Below are positions 23,180 through 34,281 of a stretch of DNA of 38,093 nucleotides, in pieces. A program made the translations under genes and the position numbers. Under the pieces are notes generated by a model. That model was not told the DNA's origin. It searched no databases and saw only the letters and a program-made list of their open reading frames with translations. Each line of letters begins with the position of its first letter. The first letter of the stretch is position 1. Origin of the DNA: Octopus sinensis (taxonomy: Eukaryota). Location of the stretch: the NCBI RefSeq assembly GCF_006345805.1, contig NW_021835761.1, positions 1 to 38,093 on the forward strand. The letters are read 5' to 3'.

Positions 23180-23552
23180 TTTTACTCTTTTACTTTTGTC
23201 ACACTCTCAATAATTAGTCTCACTGGACTGCAGCCATGCTGGAGCTCCGTCTTGTAGGGCGAGTCAAACAAATCGAATTACTCTAAATCTAGTACTAACA
23301 CCAGATTACGGGTACAAGCAAACTAACATTGGTTGCCACACACACACACACACACACATACAAAACACACATATACAAAACACACACATACGCAAACGTA
23401 CATACACAAATTTATACACGGCAGGCTTCTCACAATTTTTTCTACTACATTCACTCATTGGTCGGCCTGAGGTTATAATAAAAGACCTGAGCGCCGTGTA
23501 GCGGGACTGAACTCGAAACTACGAAGTTGCGAAGCAAACCTCTTAACCATAT
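23180..23552 (-). mobile_element. SINE family B, diverged
   Basis: GACTGCAGCCATGCTGGAGC and GGGACTGAACTCG homology. Confidence 0.7.
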
Positions 23553-24083
23553 GGTTATATTCAATAAAAAAAAACTTCAGTAAGCTTTCAACAAAATTTG
23601 TAAAGAGATCTTTGTCAATTTTCCATGAACACACTCCGGCAAGCATCGTTGCAGCCGTATTTACTGCTACTCAAAGCAGAAAGGGAGAGGTGAGGCGACA
23701 GAAGTTGGTCCTGTGCAAATGTGCTATTTGGAAAAAACTAACCAACTTGTGTTAACGGAAATACTTAACTAAAAGATTATTTTCAGCAAATATCCATTTA
23801 CAGTGAATAACATAAATACCAATGATATACTTTGGTCGATTATTACTCTATACTAACATAAAATAAAATAAAATAGTATAAAATAAAACAGAAAATAAGA
23901 TAGAAAAATAAAACTTGCTGTGGTTGCACTTTAGTGAAAAACTATATTGCGGCAGTCAGCTGCTGCAATAAAGACGATTTATTGTTAGATGTAACAACAA
24001 CAACAACAACGAAAATAAGTTTAAAAGATGAAAGATAACAAGAAATGAGACTACGACGAAAGGTCTTGTATAAGAATTATTGT

Positions 24084-24497
24084 AGGAGCAGGAGTGGCTG
24101 TGTGGTAAGTAGCTTGCTAACCAACCACATGGTTCCGGGTTCAGTCCCACTGCGTGGCATCTTGGGCAAGTGTCTTCTGCTATAGCCCCGGGCCGACCAA
24201 AGCCTTGTGAGTGGATTTGGTAGACGGAAACTGAAAGAAGCCTGTCGTATATATGTATATATATATATGTGTGTGTTTGTGTGTCTGTGTTTGTCCCCCT
24301 AGCATTGCTTGACAACCGATGCTGGTGTGTTTACGTCCCCGTCACTTAGCGGTTCGACAAAAGAGACCGATAGAATAAGTACTGGACTTACAAAGAATAA
24401 GTCCCGGGGTCGATTTGCTCGACTAAAGGCGGTGCTCCAGCATGGCCGCAGTCAAATGACTGAAACAAGTAAAAGAGTAAAAAGAGAGAAAAGAGAG
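24084..24497 (+). mobile_element. SINE family B, full length
   Basis: Near-identical to the 14994 and 20870 copies. Confidence 0.95.
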
Positions 24498-25154
24498 GTG
24501 TTTTTGAGCCCAGGGTTTAGCTCCCATTGAGGAGAACTGTCATCAAACGTGTTCCGAACATAATCTTCTTATTTGTCCTCTCTCTCTTTTTTTCTTCTTT
24601 TCTGTGTGTGTATCTCAGCTGGACCGTCCAGTCTATCTTATATCAAATATATTAAGTATGATTTGAGGGAGATTTGGCGGCTGTCCTTAATAGATCATGT
24701 GACCATATACAAGGTCCATTTTTTGAATATAGCTTTCATATATTGACCCATGCCCAGTTGGTCCAAATTGAGTCGATTCATCTATGATTGAATACATTCC
24801 AACTGTGACCATCACGTCTGTTATTCTATCTAGGCTTGCATTACATTAAAGACTGTATGTACAGTACTAATTTTAGAGGGTTTTTGGTTGATCTTCCGTA
24901 AGCTGGTGTTGTTACTATTTTAGTTGTTGTCGCTGTTGTGTTGATAATGGTGGAGATGCCCCACTAACCCAGGCTAATCAAACGACAAACGCCATTTTCC
25001 TTCGTTCTCTTCCCCCCCTCTCTCTCTCTCTCTCTCTCAGCAGACAATGATGCTTTGGTCATCTATTGATCGTGTACATATCGAAGCGTATCTGTAACTT
25101 TATTTAAAAACCTATCTGCCAAACTACCTGCCTACTTATCTACTGACATAACTA

Positions 25155-25230
<76 letters not shown>
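25155..25230. repeat. (TATC)n microsatellite
   Basis: Directly visible. Confidence 0.95.
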
Positions 25231-25232
<2 letters not shown>

Positions 25233-25253
25233 ACCGCTCCTTGTGCAGCTTTC

Positions 25254-25296
<43 letters not shown>

Positions 25297-25529
25297 TTCT
25301 GTGTTGCTCAGACAATATTGATCTTCCCGTCATCTTCATCGTCTCTCCTCCCCCTCATTCTCACGCTTTCTTCTTTCCTCTTTCCCAAAGTCATTCATAC
25401 TGACCCACCGCCTCCCCCTATACACCTATTTCTTTTTGTATATTTTATCACCCTTTCTCATTTCTTCTCCACTTTCTCTTTCTTCCTTTCCCTCTATACA
25501 ACATGTACGTACGTACGTATATATTTCTG

Positions 25530-25584
25530 TATGCGCATGCGTATATATATATATATATATATACACGATATATATATATTATAT

Positions 25585-25642
<58 letters not shown>

Positions 25643-25656
25643 ATATATATATCGTG

Positions 25657-25687
<31 letters not shown>

Positions 25688-25837
25688 AGAAATTAAATAT
25701 AAAATATAAATTACAAAGTGGGACAAGAACGCAAAAACACAAAGAGACGACACAAGAAGACAGACGGGTCACTCGAAGCCTCTAATCTTCAGTCGGGAAC
25801 CGGATCATCTTAGTAATTTCGGCTGTTTAATCTCGAG

Positions 25838-25886
<49 letters not shown>

Positions 25887-26348
25887 ATATATTATATATA
25901 TACATAATATATGCACACACAAACACACACACACATATATACACAAATACATATGTACTTATTATGTATATATGGTTATGTATGTATAGAATATATATAT
26001 ATATATATATGTACATTGATATGTATGCATATGCGTGTATGTGTATGTATGTATGTATGTATGTGTAAGTATGTGTGTGTATATATATGCGTGTGTGTGT
26101 GTGTGTGTGCGTATGTGTGTGTGTGTGTAAAGTATGCATGTATGTAGTATAGCGTCGATAGTGATAAGAACAAAAATTAAAGCTCTCAATATTATTCATA
26201 GTTCACATGACAGAAGAATGCGATTCCACTGTTCATGGTGTTCTTCCCGCCTCGAAGCTATTCTATAGCACGGTGCCGATGAGGCAGCTCTGGTAATCCG
26301 CGCAACCCTGGCAGTGCACCATGAGCATTTAAATTCCATAGACTTTTC

Positions 26349-26379
<31 letters not shown>

Positions 26380-26442
26380 AATACATACATACATACATAC
26401 ATACATACATACATACATACACACACATATATATATATATAT

Positions 26443-26512
<70 letters not shown>
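25530..26512. repeat. TA/CA/TACA microsatellite cluster with short embedded non-repetitive islands
   Basis: Directly visible; islands at ~25690-25840 and ~26150-26345. Confidence 0.9.
25700..25840 (-). mobile_element. Short PLE-terminus-like fragment embedded in (TA)n
   Basis: CAGCC-GAAA..CUGAAGA motif followed by a T-rich tail similar in composition to the permuted-hammerhead family. Confidence 0.4.
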
Positions 26513-26516
<4 letters not shown>

Positions 26517-27125
26517 AGTGGCTATATTTATATCGAAGTGATTTTACTAATACTATTAATTTTTTTTACTATAATCATTTCTTAGATATAGCCACGAAAC
26601 ACGTGTCGTTATTCTACCAAATATATACGTTTTTATTATTATTTTGCAATTTACTTATTCATCGATATATTATTGTTATTTTAATTTTAATATTTCTATT
26701 ATATGTAATTTCTAGATGGTGTAATTTAATTGTTCATTTTGAATTGATAAAGGTGGTTTTCTCTAATATATTTATATATATTATATATATATATATATAT
26801 AATGATTAAGGTGGTTAGACGCAATTTAAAGCCAACAAGGAAAAAATTCAACGTTACTAAACGTGTGCAGGGCAGTCCCACCATTGCTAGAAACAAGAGT
26901 CAAAGACTCTTTAGCCTCAAGCAAAGCACGCTTCTATTTGCTGACAAGGCGAACAACCTCCCCACAGCAAACGAGTGAATCAGATTGGCACATCGATTAC
27001 GCATGAAATTAATGCTCGTCGAGGTGCCACTTCATTCCTGCTAATGAAGCTGAATTCCACCCGTCAGTATTTATAGAATTTATCATAGGAATCATATATT
27101 CAGCAAAATGGCCATGTGGAAATTA

Positions 27126-27330
27126 TCTATTATATAAAATCCGGTCTGTGTATGTGTGTGTGTGTCTCCTAGGATCTCGAGCATCCTCCATCCGATTGCG
27201 CTCAAATTTGATAAATAGATAAATAGATACTGATTACAAAAATCGATTCCAGGTGAGAATGCGATCGACAAAACCGTGGGAACGTGCAAGTACATCAGCT
27301 GTTGCGATCGATACTACGCGTTGTGTGAAT
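27126..27330 (+). mobile_element. Possible Helitron/DINE-like 5' fragment
   Basis: A|TCTATTATATAAAAT start followed by TCTGTGTATGTGTGTG and CCGATTGCGCTCAAATTT; no 3' CTRR/hairpin found. Confidence 0.35.
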
Positions 27331-27520
27331 AAAATCGTTTTTCTTTGGAAAAGAAAAGAAGTCTATCTTTATTTCTTTTGCTGGTGTCTCAAATTTGGGT
27401 TAAATCAGTGTTTCTCAAAGGGGAGGCCTATGGGACGGTCGGACAAGATGTTTTGAGAAAATGTTTGACAACTCAGCATCATCCATTGGACGGGGGGCGT
27501 TTTGCTCGTATATATATGTG

Positions 27521-27551
<31 letters not shown>

Positions 27552-27682
27552 TTACACATTTATATACACATATATACATACATATATATAGACACATATA
27601 TACATACATATATACATATACATACATATATATATATGTATATTATATATATATACACATATATACATACGTACATACATAC

Positions 27683-27718
<36 letters not shown>

Positions 27719-27938
27719 TATAGTGTATAAATAAAATATATGCCTACATACAACATATATGTACGTACAACCTACATATCTTATATATACATGCATATAT
27801 AAATATATATACGTGTGTACAGGACACCACAAATAGACGTAGAACTCAACGAGAAAGGAAAGCGTAAAAACAGCATGGAACGGACCATTTTTTTAACAAC
27901 GAAAAAACAGAGTACAAGACAACTACACAAGGAAAAAT

Positions 27939-28013
27939 CTCCTTCATCAGCCGTCCCTAGTTCAACTCCAGCGTGTTTCGAAGGTGAGGACAGAACACGT
28001 CTTGTCGAACTAA
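27939..28013 (-). ncRNA. Non-circularly permuted hammerhead-like ribozyme, copy C
   Basis: UUAGUUCGAC-aaga-CGUGU-U-CUGUCC-ucac-CUUC-GAAACACG-cugga-GUUGAACUAG-GGACGG-CUGAUGA-a-GGAG; H17 at 27994. Confidence 0.75.
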
Positions 28014-28308
28014 TCCTTCCTGCGAAAGAATTAAATAAACTTCCTTTGCAGAGGGGTAAAAACAAAGGAAAAAATGTGACAAAAACAGGACGTAAAAACA
28101 ATATAATTAAAAACAAATACAAAATAAAATAAAATTACAAAAAATACAGTACAAGAAGGAATAGAAACAGGACAGGAAAACAAATAAATAAGCCTAGACG
28201 AGAAAAAAAAAAAAATTTTTTTTTCACGAGCGCAGGAAGAAACATGTTTACTTGAACAAGGCCGCCGGCGAAAGAGGTTCGTAGACCCGGCTGTGAGAGA
28301 GATGAGGA

Positions 28309-28347
<39 letters not shown>

Positions 28348-28709
28348 AAGGAAGCAATAGAGGGTGAAAGAAAGAGAGAAGAAGGAGTTATAGGGTTTCG
28401 CGTCATAATTATATATAAAAACCAGCTTAGAGAAGAAGAAGAAACGAAACGAAACGAAACGAATCGACGCGAAGGCGCTCAGTCATACAATAGCGTAATA
28501 AATAAAATATATGCATACATACAAACACATATGTACGTACCTACATCTACATGTATATATACATGCATATATAAATATATATACGTGTGTACAGGACACC
28601 ACAAATAGACGTAGAACTCAACGAGAGACGAAAACGTAAAAACAGCATGGAGCGGACCATTTTTTAACAACGAAAAAACAGAGTACAAGACAACTACACA
28701 AGGAAAAAT

Positions 28710-28784
28710 CCCCTTCATCAGCTGTCCCTAGTTCAACTCCAGCGTGTTTCGAAGGTGAGGACAGAACACGTCTCGTCGAACTAA
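28710..28784 (-). ncRNA. Non-circularly permuted hammerhead-like ribozyme, copy D (best preserved)
   Basis: UUAGUUCGAC-gaga-CGUGU-U-CUGUCC-ucac-CUUC-GAAACACG-cugga-GUUGAACUAG-GGACAG-CUGAUGA-a-GGGG; H17 at 28765. Confidence 0.78.
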
Positions 28785-29048
28785 TCCTTCCTGCGAAAGA
28801 ATTAAATAAACTTCCTCTGCAGAGGGGTATCGCAAATAAGAAAATGGAGGAGAACAATAGGTGGTTCATCAACTTTTGGATATTAAAATGTTAACTTATT
28901 TATTAAACTGATAATTATAATAACATACACATAGCATATTATTCTTTGCATATAAGATATAAGATATAAAATATAGTAATATATAAATATATAATATGTA
29001 TGTATGTATGTGTGTATGTGCGTTTGTATGTATGTGTGTGTGTATGTA

Positions 29049-29268
29049 TTCATTGGTTTCAAATTTTGGCACAAGGTCAGTAATTTCGAGAAAGAGATGA
29101 GTCAATTTCATCGACCCCAGTGCTCAACTGGTACTTATTTTATCGACTCCTAAAGGTTGAAAGGCAAAGTCGATCCCGGTTGCATTTGAACTCAGAACGT
29201 AAAGTCGGAAGAAATGCCGTTAATGATTTTGTCCGGTGCTGTAGCTATTCTGCTCGCTCGCAGCCTTA
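29049..29268 (-). mobile_element. SINE family A2
   Basis: CATCGACCCCAGTGCTCAACTGGTACTTATTTTATCGAC..TTTGAACTCAGAACG. Confidence 0.85.
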
Positions 29269-30079
29269 TATGCTCGTACATGTATATTTATAACTGCTTG
29301 ATTGAGTTCTGTGTGACTTTAAGCTTCCTACGGGACCATCTCATCAGAAATCAGAAGAAGCTTTCGAATGAGATGGGCTCCCACGAAATGCTTACGAAAC
29401 TGTAAGTCATATAGAACTTAGTCAAATTAGTATTTACAAGAAAATTACAGCAAAGCTGCGTGATAGTGGTGTCAGACGTGGTATGCAGACCAGCATATAA
29501 CTGGTTTTATTCTCCTCTTCCGTTTTATTTTGACATGCGCATAGCGTTTTAATTCTTCCCTTCCGTTTTACGAATTCAGTGTACAATGCACATTGCGTGT
29601 TATACTTTCTTTCCGGTTCCTACTCAAAATTGTTTACAGATCACAACCATCTCATGAACATGCTTTCCTGAGGAGCGCTTCGTGCTTCGATGGTTGGAAA
29701 AAAATATATGCAATGCTTACCAAAAGTGTTTAGTACCATTTCCTTTTATATATCTATTGACTCGTGCATGCATGCATACATACATTCATGCATACATACA
29801 TGTATGCATGCGTGCGTACATACATACACACATAAAACAAGGAATACTGGTGGAACACTCCAATAAAAACATTAATTCGGTGCAACCATATCAGATCTGA
29901 TATTGTTTTCTGGGCCAGGGAACAAAAGTCGTGCACTGTTGTAGAGGTCAGCAACCCAGCGAGTGTGAATGTACCCTCAAAAGTCCAGGAAAAAAAAACA
30001 TTTATAGTGAATTAACGCAGAAACTTGCAGCTCTTGTACCCTGGCTATGAATTCTCATAGGAACAAATTTACATGAAAA

Positions 30080-30492
30080 CCTATTTCTTTACTACTCACA
30101 AGGCCCTAAACACAGAGGGGACAAACAAGGACAGACAAACAAATCAAGTCGATTACATCGATCCCAGTGCGTAACTGGTACTTAATCTATCGATCCCGAA
30201 AGGATGAAAGGCAAAATCGACCTCGGCGGAATTTGAACTCAGAACGTAGCGGCAGACGAAATGCTGATTTCTTTACTACCCACAAGGGGCTAAACACAGA
30301 GAGGACGAACACGGACAGACAAACGGATTAAGTCGATTAGATCGACCCCAGTGCGAAACTGGTAATTAATTTATCGACCCCGAAAGGATGAAAGGCAATG
30401 TCGACCTCGGCGGAATTTGAACTCACAACGTAGCGGCAGACGAAATACCACAAAGCATTTCGCCCGGCGTGCTAACATTTCTGCCAGCTCGT
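30080..30492 (-). mobile_element. SINE family A, head-to-tail pair
   Basis: Near-full unit 30266-30492 followed by a unit that starts at the internal xATTTCGTC site. Confidence 0.9.
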
Positions 30493-30800
30493 CCGATGCA
30501 CACACGTACGATGCACACTCGTAAATAGATGCACACACAAATGTGTGTGTCTATTTATGAATGTATGTATGTACATTCAAACAATTTGGAAGAAAAAACA
30601 CACGTATTGAATAACCATACAGCGATAGATTAACTAGTTTCGTTGTGCCTAATGTTGGTGTTTATAGCCACATTTTAATCTCACTCTTCATTGTTACTAT
30701 ATTTTATTTTATTCAAATAGAACGTTTCTGTCAATTGACAAGTAGTCTCCCACTGCTTAAATTTAAAAAAAACGGTGCTTAACATAAATATATATGTATA

Positions 30801-31192
30801 CTAGCAGTATCGTCCGGCGTTGCTCGGGTTTGTAAGGGAAATAACTATAAAGCATTTTTAGAGAGTTATAGCCCAAAAGCAGCAAAAAATGCATTAAAAA
30901 TGGAAAAAAAAAATATGGTAATTTTTTTTTTAAATCGTTGACTCATCGTAGACATTTTTAGAGAGTTACTTCCCTTTATTTAAAAAAATGCTTTAAAATG
31001 GAAAAAAATTATGGTAAATTATTTTTAAAATCGTAGACTCATCGTAGACGCGCGCTAATACCCAGAAGGGCTCGATATGAATCACGACTATAAGATACTC
31101 GGTTTTGGTTAAACTGCACCGCAAAATGTGGGAGTAGTTAGGAATCTAAATCGTAGGAGACAGACACACAACTTCACTTTTATATATATAGA
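30801..31192 (-). mobile_element. Non-autonomous Helitron (variant with ~100-bp internal tandem duplication)
   Basis: Same TC..hairpin..CTAG termini as the 22281 copy. Confidence 0.88.
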
Positions 31193-32104
31193 TATGATAC
31201 GTGACAGAGATACATTTGTACTCGTAAATGCATCTATATACAGAGATATTCGCGTACAAAGACATATACATGCATACACATACAATGCATCCGAGAAAAA
31301 TAAAACCGAGAAATAAAGTGGAAAATTGAATTGAATGAAAGAAGGAAAGTGTTAACCTAGAGTTCTTTGGAGGTAGAGAAAATTGCTGGTAAGGTATCTA
31401 CACAGTATTCTGTGTTAGTCTGAATTTTATATAGCTGCCTCTAGTTTTGTAGAGGTAGTGGAAGTGGTAATGGTGTTCTCCAGTATGCTAGTAAGTGTTT
31501 GTCGAAGTATTTATATTTCCTGAAGGTTTCAGATCTCGTGATTAAGAGAAAAGCTTGTATTACGTGTTAGAAGAACATGTAGTTCCTGGAAACAGTAGCT
31601 ATCATAAGATATGTAACAGAAATAGCGATAAAGTGAATAAAATAGCGATTAGAATCTCCATTGCTTCTCTAATCAGTATAACGAAGTTTTCACTCCCAAC
31701 GCGCAATACTTCACCTCTCTGATTGTAACAACTCTAATACCTGTTCTGTCAACGCCACTTAGCTTTCTTAAGAATTAGTTTATAGAGTTAATGTCTCTTT
31801 TATAAAATAACGGTAAAAAAATGCTATATGGAGCTTACTGAAAATGCTTTTAAATAAAGAGAAAGAATTCTTGTAACATAAAGAACCAGAGAGACGCCTT
31901 ACCTCGTCACTAACGAAATATATTTGTGGTTTCGTTAGTGATTGAAAATAATAATTGCAAATGAATTAGTCTAATGTAGATCATGCTTCTTTATATGTGT
32001 GTGCTTCCTTATAGATTAATTGCTCCAGGAGGTGCAGACTTTGTTTCTCGAGAAGTGAAATATCGTATTATAGCCATTTGCAGTTTCCAAGAGAGGATCG
32101 GAAA

Positions 32105-32494
32105 TCTTTATATATAAAAGAGAGGTTGTGTGCTGTCTGTCTCCTACGATTTAGATTCCTAACTACTCCCACATTTTGCGGTGCAGTTTAACCAAAACCG
32201 GGTATCTTATAGTCGTGATTCATATCGAGCCCTTCTGGGTATTAGCGCGCGTCTACGATGATTCTACGATTTAAAAAAAAATACCATCAATTTTTCCCAT
32301 TTTAATGCATTTTTGGCATATATAAGGGAAGTAACTCTCTAAAAAGTTATTAAATCTCAGAACGTAAAAAGCTACAGTAACACCCCCCCTTTGTGGTTAG
32401 CCATATTGAGATGGCTATTATACTTTACATCTCTAAAAATGCTTATATAGTTATTTCCCTTACAAACCCGAGCAACGCCGGGCGATACTGCTAG
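32105..32494 (+). mobile_element. Non-autonomous Helitron
   Basis: A|TCTTTATATATAAAAG..CCCGAGCAACGCCGGGCGATACTGCTAG|T. Confidence 0.9.
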
Positions 32495-32585
32495 TAGTTG
32501 ATAAATGCATACACTAATATCGATATTTATTGAAGAATTTCCAAATAAAAACAAGTAAAACTAGCTCCTTCCCTGCGTGTACAGA

Positions 32586-32830
32586 GTGGAGGCGCATGGC
32601 TTATTGGTTAGGGTGTTGGACTCATGATCGTAAGAATGTGGTTTTGATTCCGGGGCGAGGCGTTGTGTTCTTGAGCAAAACACTTCAGTTTACGTTGCCT
32701 CAGTCCACTCAGCTGGCAAAAATTAAGTAATCGTGCGACAGACCGGCTTCCAGTCCAGGGCGAGGGGGATAAATACTCCAAGGAAACCGGGAAACCGACC
32801 CCATGAGTCTATATGACACAGGAAGTGCTG
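32586..32830 (+). mobile_element. Third tRNA-derived SINE family (CORE-like)
   Basis: GGCGCATGGCTTATTGGTTAG (A-box-like), GGTTTTGATTCC (B-box-like), then TGTGTTCTTGAGCAAAACACTT CORE-like segment. Confidence 0.7.
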
Positions 32831-33109
32831 TCCTATTATCCTCGTGCACGTTGCCAAACTCTGAAAGGAAGTCACATACTGAAGACCGCTTTTAAAAACG
32901 CTCAAACTACTTTGCTTTTATGTAATATAAAAATAATAAAATGAAGATGTATGAGTTTTGAACATGAAGAGGCCATGCTCTGCATTTGTCAATTATATAA
33001 ATGAATGTACAATAAATTATCAGACGTTTTTACGCTAACCAATTAAATCTCGATGGCGAATCATATTTCAAATATGTTTACGAATATTTTTCCTTATATA
33101 TCATCTCGC

Positions 33110-34170
33110 TACTTTCCTTTTTTTGCCCCAGTTTATAATAAAGCTTTAAAAGATAGTGGTTTTAGCGAAAAAATAAAATATACACCTATCACCAGCCCAA
33201 CAATAAGGAAAAGGAATAATAGAAATAGGAAGGTCATCTGGTTTACGCCCCCTTACTCACCCGAGGTGGCCTTCAATATAGGTAAATATTTCCTAGCACT
33301 GATAGATAGAAATTTTCCAGTTAACCATGCTTATAGGAAACTCTTCAATAGACACAATTTAAAAATTAGTTTTAGTTCAACTACCCATTTTAAAAACATA
33401 ATCAATCAAACATACAAAAACACAAGAAGAAAACAGCTGTTCATGCAGGAATAAAGAATTGTGCCCGCTAAATGGAGCTTGCATGTCCAAGACCATCATA
33501 TATGAAGCTACCGTAAACTCTATAACCACTAAAGACACCGTTTCGACGAAGAAATACGTGGGCCTGACAGAGGGTAATTTCAAGGCCAGGTTCAATAACC
33601 ACACTTTGAGCTTTAGGCACTGGAACAAAAGAAAAGCAACACAATTATCCAATCATATTTGGTCTTTAAAGAGATAAAGGTGTCGATATAACATACAATG
33701 GAAGATTTTGGCCAGATGTAAGCCCTATACTAACGGCAGCGGAAGGTGCGGTTTATTGCGACATGGAGAGATGGCTTATCTGGAAAAGCAGCTTAGACCC
33801 TACCACATGTCTAAATACAGGACAGAGCTTTTCGGATCATGCCCACATGTGACTAAATTTCTGTTACGTTTTTGGTCCCCTAAAGAAAACGGTAGAACAT
33901 GCTTTCTGTGTTATGTCCCAAGAAGATTTTATATATTTTTATATATTTTTATGTATTTTTATATAATTTTTATGACGAAAAATGCGAGCGATGTATAAGT
34001 ACGCAGGCAAAGCAGAGTTATAACATAGAGTAATTTCCCTTCATTTTAACGGTATTTTTTCATAACGTTTTCAAATAGCCAGATAACCGAAGAGATGGTG
34101 TTGTGGATTTCCACTTCGCGCATCTGAAACTCAGAGTTTTCTCTTGACTACCGAGTAATGTAACATATTG
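33110..34170 (+). mobile_element. Penelope-like element 3' part (RT thumb + GIY-YIG endonuclease + terminus)
   Basis: APVYNKALKDSGF..VIWFTPPYS..NIGKYFLALID..HAYRKLFNRHNLKISFS / CSCRNKELCPLNGAC..IIYEATV..KYVGLTEGNFKARFNNH..TQLSNHIWSLK / KPY..CGL..RTELFGSCPH, in three frames. The CxC..CPLxGxC type is possibly Hydra-clade (inference). Confidence 0.9.
34081..34144 (+). ncRNA. Variant type-I hammerhead-like motif in the PLE terminus
   Basis: AGAUAA-CCGAAGA-GAUG..GUGG-auuu-CCAC..CAUC-u-GAA-ACUC-a-GAGU-U-UUCUCU; U4->C, one extra U before GAAA, and 5/6 pairs in stem I. Confidence 0.45.
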
Positions 34171-34186
34171 TATATATATATATATA

Positions 34187-34240
<54 letters not shown>

Positions 34241-34250
34241 ATATATATAT

Positions 34251-34281
<31 letters not shown>

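Larger units (their letters stand above)
27721..28829 (-). mobile_element. Tandem (1.4-mer) insertion of the permuted-hammerhead family: two ~338-bp direct repeats around a ~430-bp non-coding spacer
   Basis: 27721-28058 and 28491-28829 are near-identical (offset ~770); the 3' end abuts a TA/TACA microsatellite. Confidence 0.88.

Noticed and set aside
26865-27080. ~70-codon open frame with TAAT/CCAAT-like motifs
   Set aside because: No start, splice signals or known homology; the motifs are common in AT-rich DNA.
29336-29376. GAAA..CUGAUGA on the minus strand within CCATCTCAT/ATGAGATGG
   Set aside because: A simple 9-bp inverted repeat that would sequester the core; no stem I or III partner.
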